64,000 nucleotides of DNA, taken from the NCBI GenBank assembly GCA_050613775.1, contig JBODTK010000147.1, positions 248,001 to 312,000 on the forward strand, written 5' to 3'. This document shows, piece after piece, positions 60,062-64,000 of the stretch (position 1 is its first letter; each line of letters starts with the position of its first letter). The notes beneath the pieces were generated by a model that was not told the DNA's origin, made no database searches, and saw only the letters and a program-made list of their open reading frames with translations. This DNA is from Neocallimastix sp. 'constans'. Taxonomy: Eukaryota. The position numbers and the translations under genes were made by a program.

Positions 60062-63000
60062 TAATAATTAAATCTTAATTTTACTTTTACTTTTAGATTA
60101 AGAGTCTCAATTTAGACTAGTCGTAACAAAATGTTTTCGATATCTTGTACGAAAAGTATACAATGCATTGAAATCCGAAAAACTCCTCAGCTTCATTACT
60201 TCGGACTTTGTAACAAAATTTAAATCGGAAAACCACTCCGGGGAAGGTTTGGTCAAACAAATGGAAGAGATTGAAGTAAAAGAAGCTCTTGCTACATCTA
60301 TCATTCTGAATAATATCACGTTAGCAGCCCATGAAAAGGTCAAAGGATTTAAGATTTCTTTTGATCTTATGGAAAAATTAAAAAAAAAGAATATGACAAG
60401 AAAGCATCCTCTGATGTTAGGTACTGGCTGAATCAAATGTTCTCCTTGAAATCAAAGAACCTCAATGATAGTATGGCTGTTATTAAGAAAATCGAAGAAA
60501 TCATGAATATTCTTAATGTGAAAGGGTATAAATTAGGTGATCCAGTAGACATCGACAATATCAGTTATACAACTAAAGGCGAAAATGAAATAACATTCAT
60601 TAACAATCAAAAGCAAATTGGATACAACACAAAATCGAAATATTGCCATAATATGCAAGATGGTCTGGGCATACTACTGATGAATGTAGTTTCAATAGAA
60701 AAACCAACCCGGATAATGATCACAAAAGAAATGGATATAAAAATAAAGAACGTAGAAGTAATAAAAGAAATTCTAAACATTTTCATGGTAAAAGAAGATA
60801 TGTAACAAATGTCGAGTATGAAGAAAAACCAGAAAATGAAAACGTATCTTTCGATGAAATTAAACCCATGTTCGTAAATAACATAGACAACATTGAAACA
60901 ATCGATGACAAGGAACCCATTGAAGAAAATAAAATTGATAACAACATAAATTTAGAAACACAGTATAATAATATCGATTACATCCAAAAAGACAATAAAA
61001 AGAATAATATTGAAATTTGTAATAATACTGCTATCTGGACTTATGATACTGGATGCTCCGAGCATATTACAATATAACAAAGAAATATTAACTAACTTTA
61101 GAAATGAAACAGTCAAGATGAGATGCGCAAATAACTCCCTCTGTATTTTTAATGGTGTTGGTACATTTGAGGGTATTATTAATGGAGGATTTATCAAACT
61201 TGAAAATGTATACTATTCTAAACATATCAACAAAAAACTTACTTAGCTGAATTCGGTTAGCCAAATCTGGATATGTATGCAAAATATCCAACCAAAACGT
61301 AGAAACCTCCCTCTATTTAAGATTTGGATTTAATAAAAAGAAAGAAAATAAGAATTTAGTTGGAAAATTCATCGCAGATGAACTCAATATTGTACGAATC
61401 CCAATTAAATTAGTTAATCGACAAATTGACACTATTTATACTAATAATGATAAACTCACAGACTACAGTAAACAAATTTGGCATCAAAGGCTCGGTCACT
61501 TCTACCACGAAGATTTAGTTAACTATTTAAATCTTCATAACGTTAAGGAGATCGAATGTATGGATTGTAAAATTTCTAAATTAAAAAGAAGACCTCATAA
61601 TGGAAAAACCCCCAAAGCATCCGGCATTCTTGAAGCCGTTCATTCAGATCTAATGGGTCTCATTAATAAATCTGTCACAGGTAAAAGCTATATTCTCACT
61701 TTCCTTGATGAATATAGTAGGGAAATCTTGGATCTACCTTGTAGAAAAGAAATCTAAAGTTCCCAATTTAATTATACAGTTTTTCAAATTTATTAAAGCC
61801 CAATTTGATTATAATATAAAATTTTATAAAACAGATATTTGTAAGAAATGTAGAAACAACAAAAAAGTTGAAAACTATTGTGCAAAAAATGGAATTCAGA
61901 AGATCTATTCACCACCTTACAATCTTCAAAACAATGGAATGGCTGAGAGACTTAATTACACCATCACTGACTGCACAAAAACAATGATTCATTGGAGCAA
62001 ACTAGGAGTCGAATTTTGGGATTTTGCGGGTGATATAGGCTAACTTCGTATACAACATCAATCCTCATAAAGGAATATCTAACTTAATTCCAAACGAAGT
62101 ATTCTTCAATAAGAAGGTTGACTTAAAATATATCAGAACCTTTGGATGTGTAGCGTACTACAAAGATTTCTCTCAAAATAAAAACAAGTTCGATCTGAAA
62201 CACAAAGAAAGGTATATTTTTAGGTATTAATTTTAAATCTCACTGCTCTATAATCATGGATTATCACAATTACAGTTTACACTCTGTAAGAGAAGCAGTA
62301 TTTGACGAACAACAACCAGCAAATATCACAATCAAAAATTCAATCAAAGATGAAAACATCATTTCTGAATTGGTACACTACCGTTTACCAGTTTTTCCAA
62401 GCGATGTACACGACAAGATCAGTGATATCTTTTCAGATTCTCAAGACAACAAAGAAAATAACGACATTGACAACAATCTAACTTTTTATCAGTCTAACAT
62501 GGATAAGCATCAAGATATATAATTAACTCAAACAAAGAAATATTTATAATCATTCCTCCTTGGTGACAAGAATTATAATCAAGGATTTTGGAAGCTCATT
62601 AAGGCCCTCTATGGTTTAAAACAATCAGGCCCCCAGTGGAATGAAACCATAACTAAACACTTGAAGGAAAATGGATTTATTTAGCTCATTTCAGAATCAT
62701 GTATATTTAAGAAAGTAAAAAACGGTAAAGTATCATGTATTGTTGGACTTTACGTTACGTTGATGGTATGATAATAACAGGTAATGACAATGATATAAAA
62801 GAAACTATAAAAGCAATTAAATATAAATATAAAATTTCAAAATGTAGTCCAATTGATTTTATCCTAGGAATTAATGTAGAAAAGCAAGGATATAACTATT
62901 CAATATTACAAAAAGCATACATTGAAGAATTATTAACAAAATTCAATATAACTAATACTAGGAAGACAAAAATTCCCTGCACTGGGGATAATCTAAAAGA

Positions 63001-63803
63001 AAATAATACATTATTTGATAGAACAACATATAAAAGTGCATTTGGCTCACTAATCTACATATCCAAATGCACAAGTCCTGATATCACATTCTCCGTTGGA
63101 AAGGCCGCGAGGAAAGCAACAATTTCAGACTGGAAAAAGATAATAAACATTTTTAAATATTTAAATTATACTAAAAATTATAAAATAACTTATAATGGAA
63201 TAGGTGAAATAGTTGCCTTTACGGATTCAGACCTTGGAGGTGACATTAAAGACAAAAAAAATCAACATCGGGACAAATAATTTTTATGGGAAGGAGCCCA
63301 ATATGCTGGAACTCCAAAAAGCAGTCTACCATAGCAACTTCTACCATGGAAGCCGAATACAGAAGTACCTCGGAATGTGTAAAGAAAGTTCTTTGGATTA
63401 GAAGCATCATATTCGAATTATTTAACATTAAAAAACAAATAACTCTATTTACAGATAACTTATCAAGTAAAACAACAATTGAAAATGGCGAATTAAATTC
63501 AAAACTTAAACATATTAATATAAAGTTTTATTTTAACAAAGATAATTTAAAAAGCAAAAGAATAGCCCTTGAATACATTCAAACTCAATACATGCTTGCA
63601 GATGCTCTAACTAAAAATATTAACGGACCAAAAATGACAAACATCATTTTTGACAAAACAGAAAATTAAGTTTGAGAGGGGAATGTTAGCAAACAAAGAT
63701 TTTGACATATATTATTTTTCATAAATTTTGTAAATTGTAATTACCTTATTAATTTTTATATTAATAAAAAAAGTTTAATAATTAAATCTTAATTTTACTT
63801 TTA
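60062..63803 (+). mobile_element. Decayed Ty1/Copia LTR retrotransposon
   Basis: Domain order is gag (frameshifted CCHC), protease WTYDTGCSEH, WHQRLGH, integrase VHSDLMG/DEYSR/QNNGMAERLN, RT ALYGLKQSG/YVDGM, RNase H FTDSD/WNSKKQ/EAEY. A polypurine tract GAGAGGGGAA precedes TG at 63684. A 28-bp LTR-end match lies at 60062-60089 and 63776-63803. Many stops and frameshifts. Confidence 0.93.
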
Positions 63804-64000
63804 ATTATTTATTATTTACTATTTATTTAATTATTATTTATTTAATTATTTATTATTTAATTATTTATTATTTATTTAATTATTTATTATTTATTTACTT
63901 ATTTATTATTTATTTACTTATTTATTATTTATTATTTATTTAATTATTTATTATTTATTATTTATTAATTATTTATTATTTATTCAGTTATTTATTAATT

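Noticed and set aside
60062..60089. 28-bp target-site duplication of the Copia
   Set aside because: Too long for a Copia TSD (about 5 bp); its position relative to the PBS and PPT fits an LTR end.

Overview
Extremely AT-rich, intron-containing eukaryotic DNA. Homopolymer and microsatellite intergenic regions and the gene families present suggest an anaerobic gut fungus (Neocallimastigomycota); this is inferred, not proven. Host genes: two tandem ABCA transporters (minus strand), two tandem 11-exon receptors (beta-helix-like ectodomain, EGF-like module, class-C-like 7TM) and a CE4 chitin/polysaccharide deacetylase with a probable GPI anchor. Mobile DNA: an intact single-ORF APE-RT LINE, a decayed LINE lying within a decayed Ty1/Copia, a second near-complete decayed Copia, two Mutator (MULE) remnants, a small nested inverted-repeat element and several satellites. 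The most interesting signal is a probable LINE/SINE system. A full-length tRNA-headed, poly(T)-tailed SINE with a 15-bp TSD splits the second ABCA gene at the boundary between its halves. That SINE, two other short elements and the intact LINE share a covarying 3' stem-loop. Three short elements also share a central motif. All alignments and structures were made by eye.
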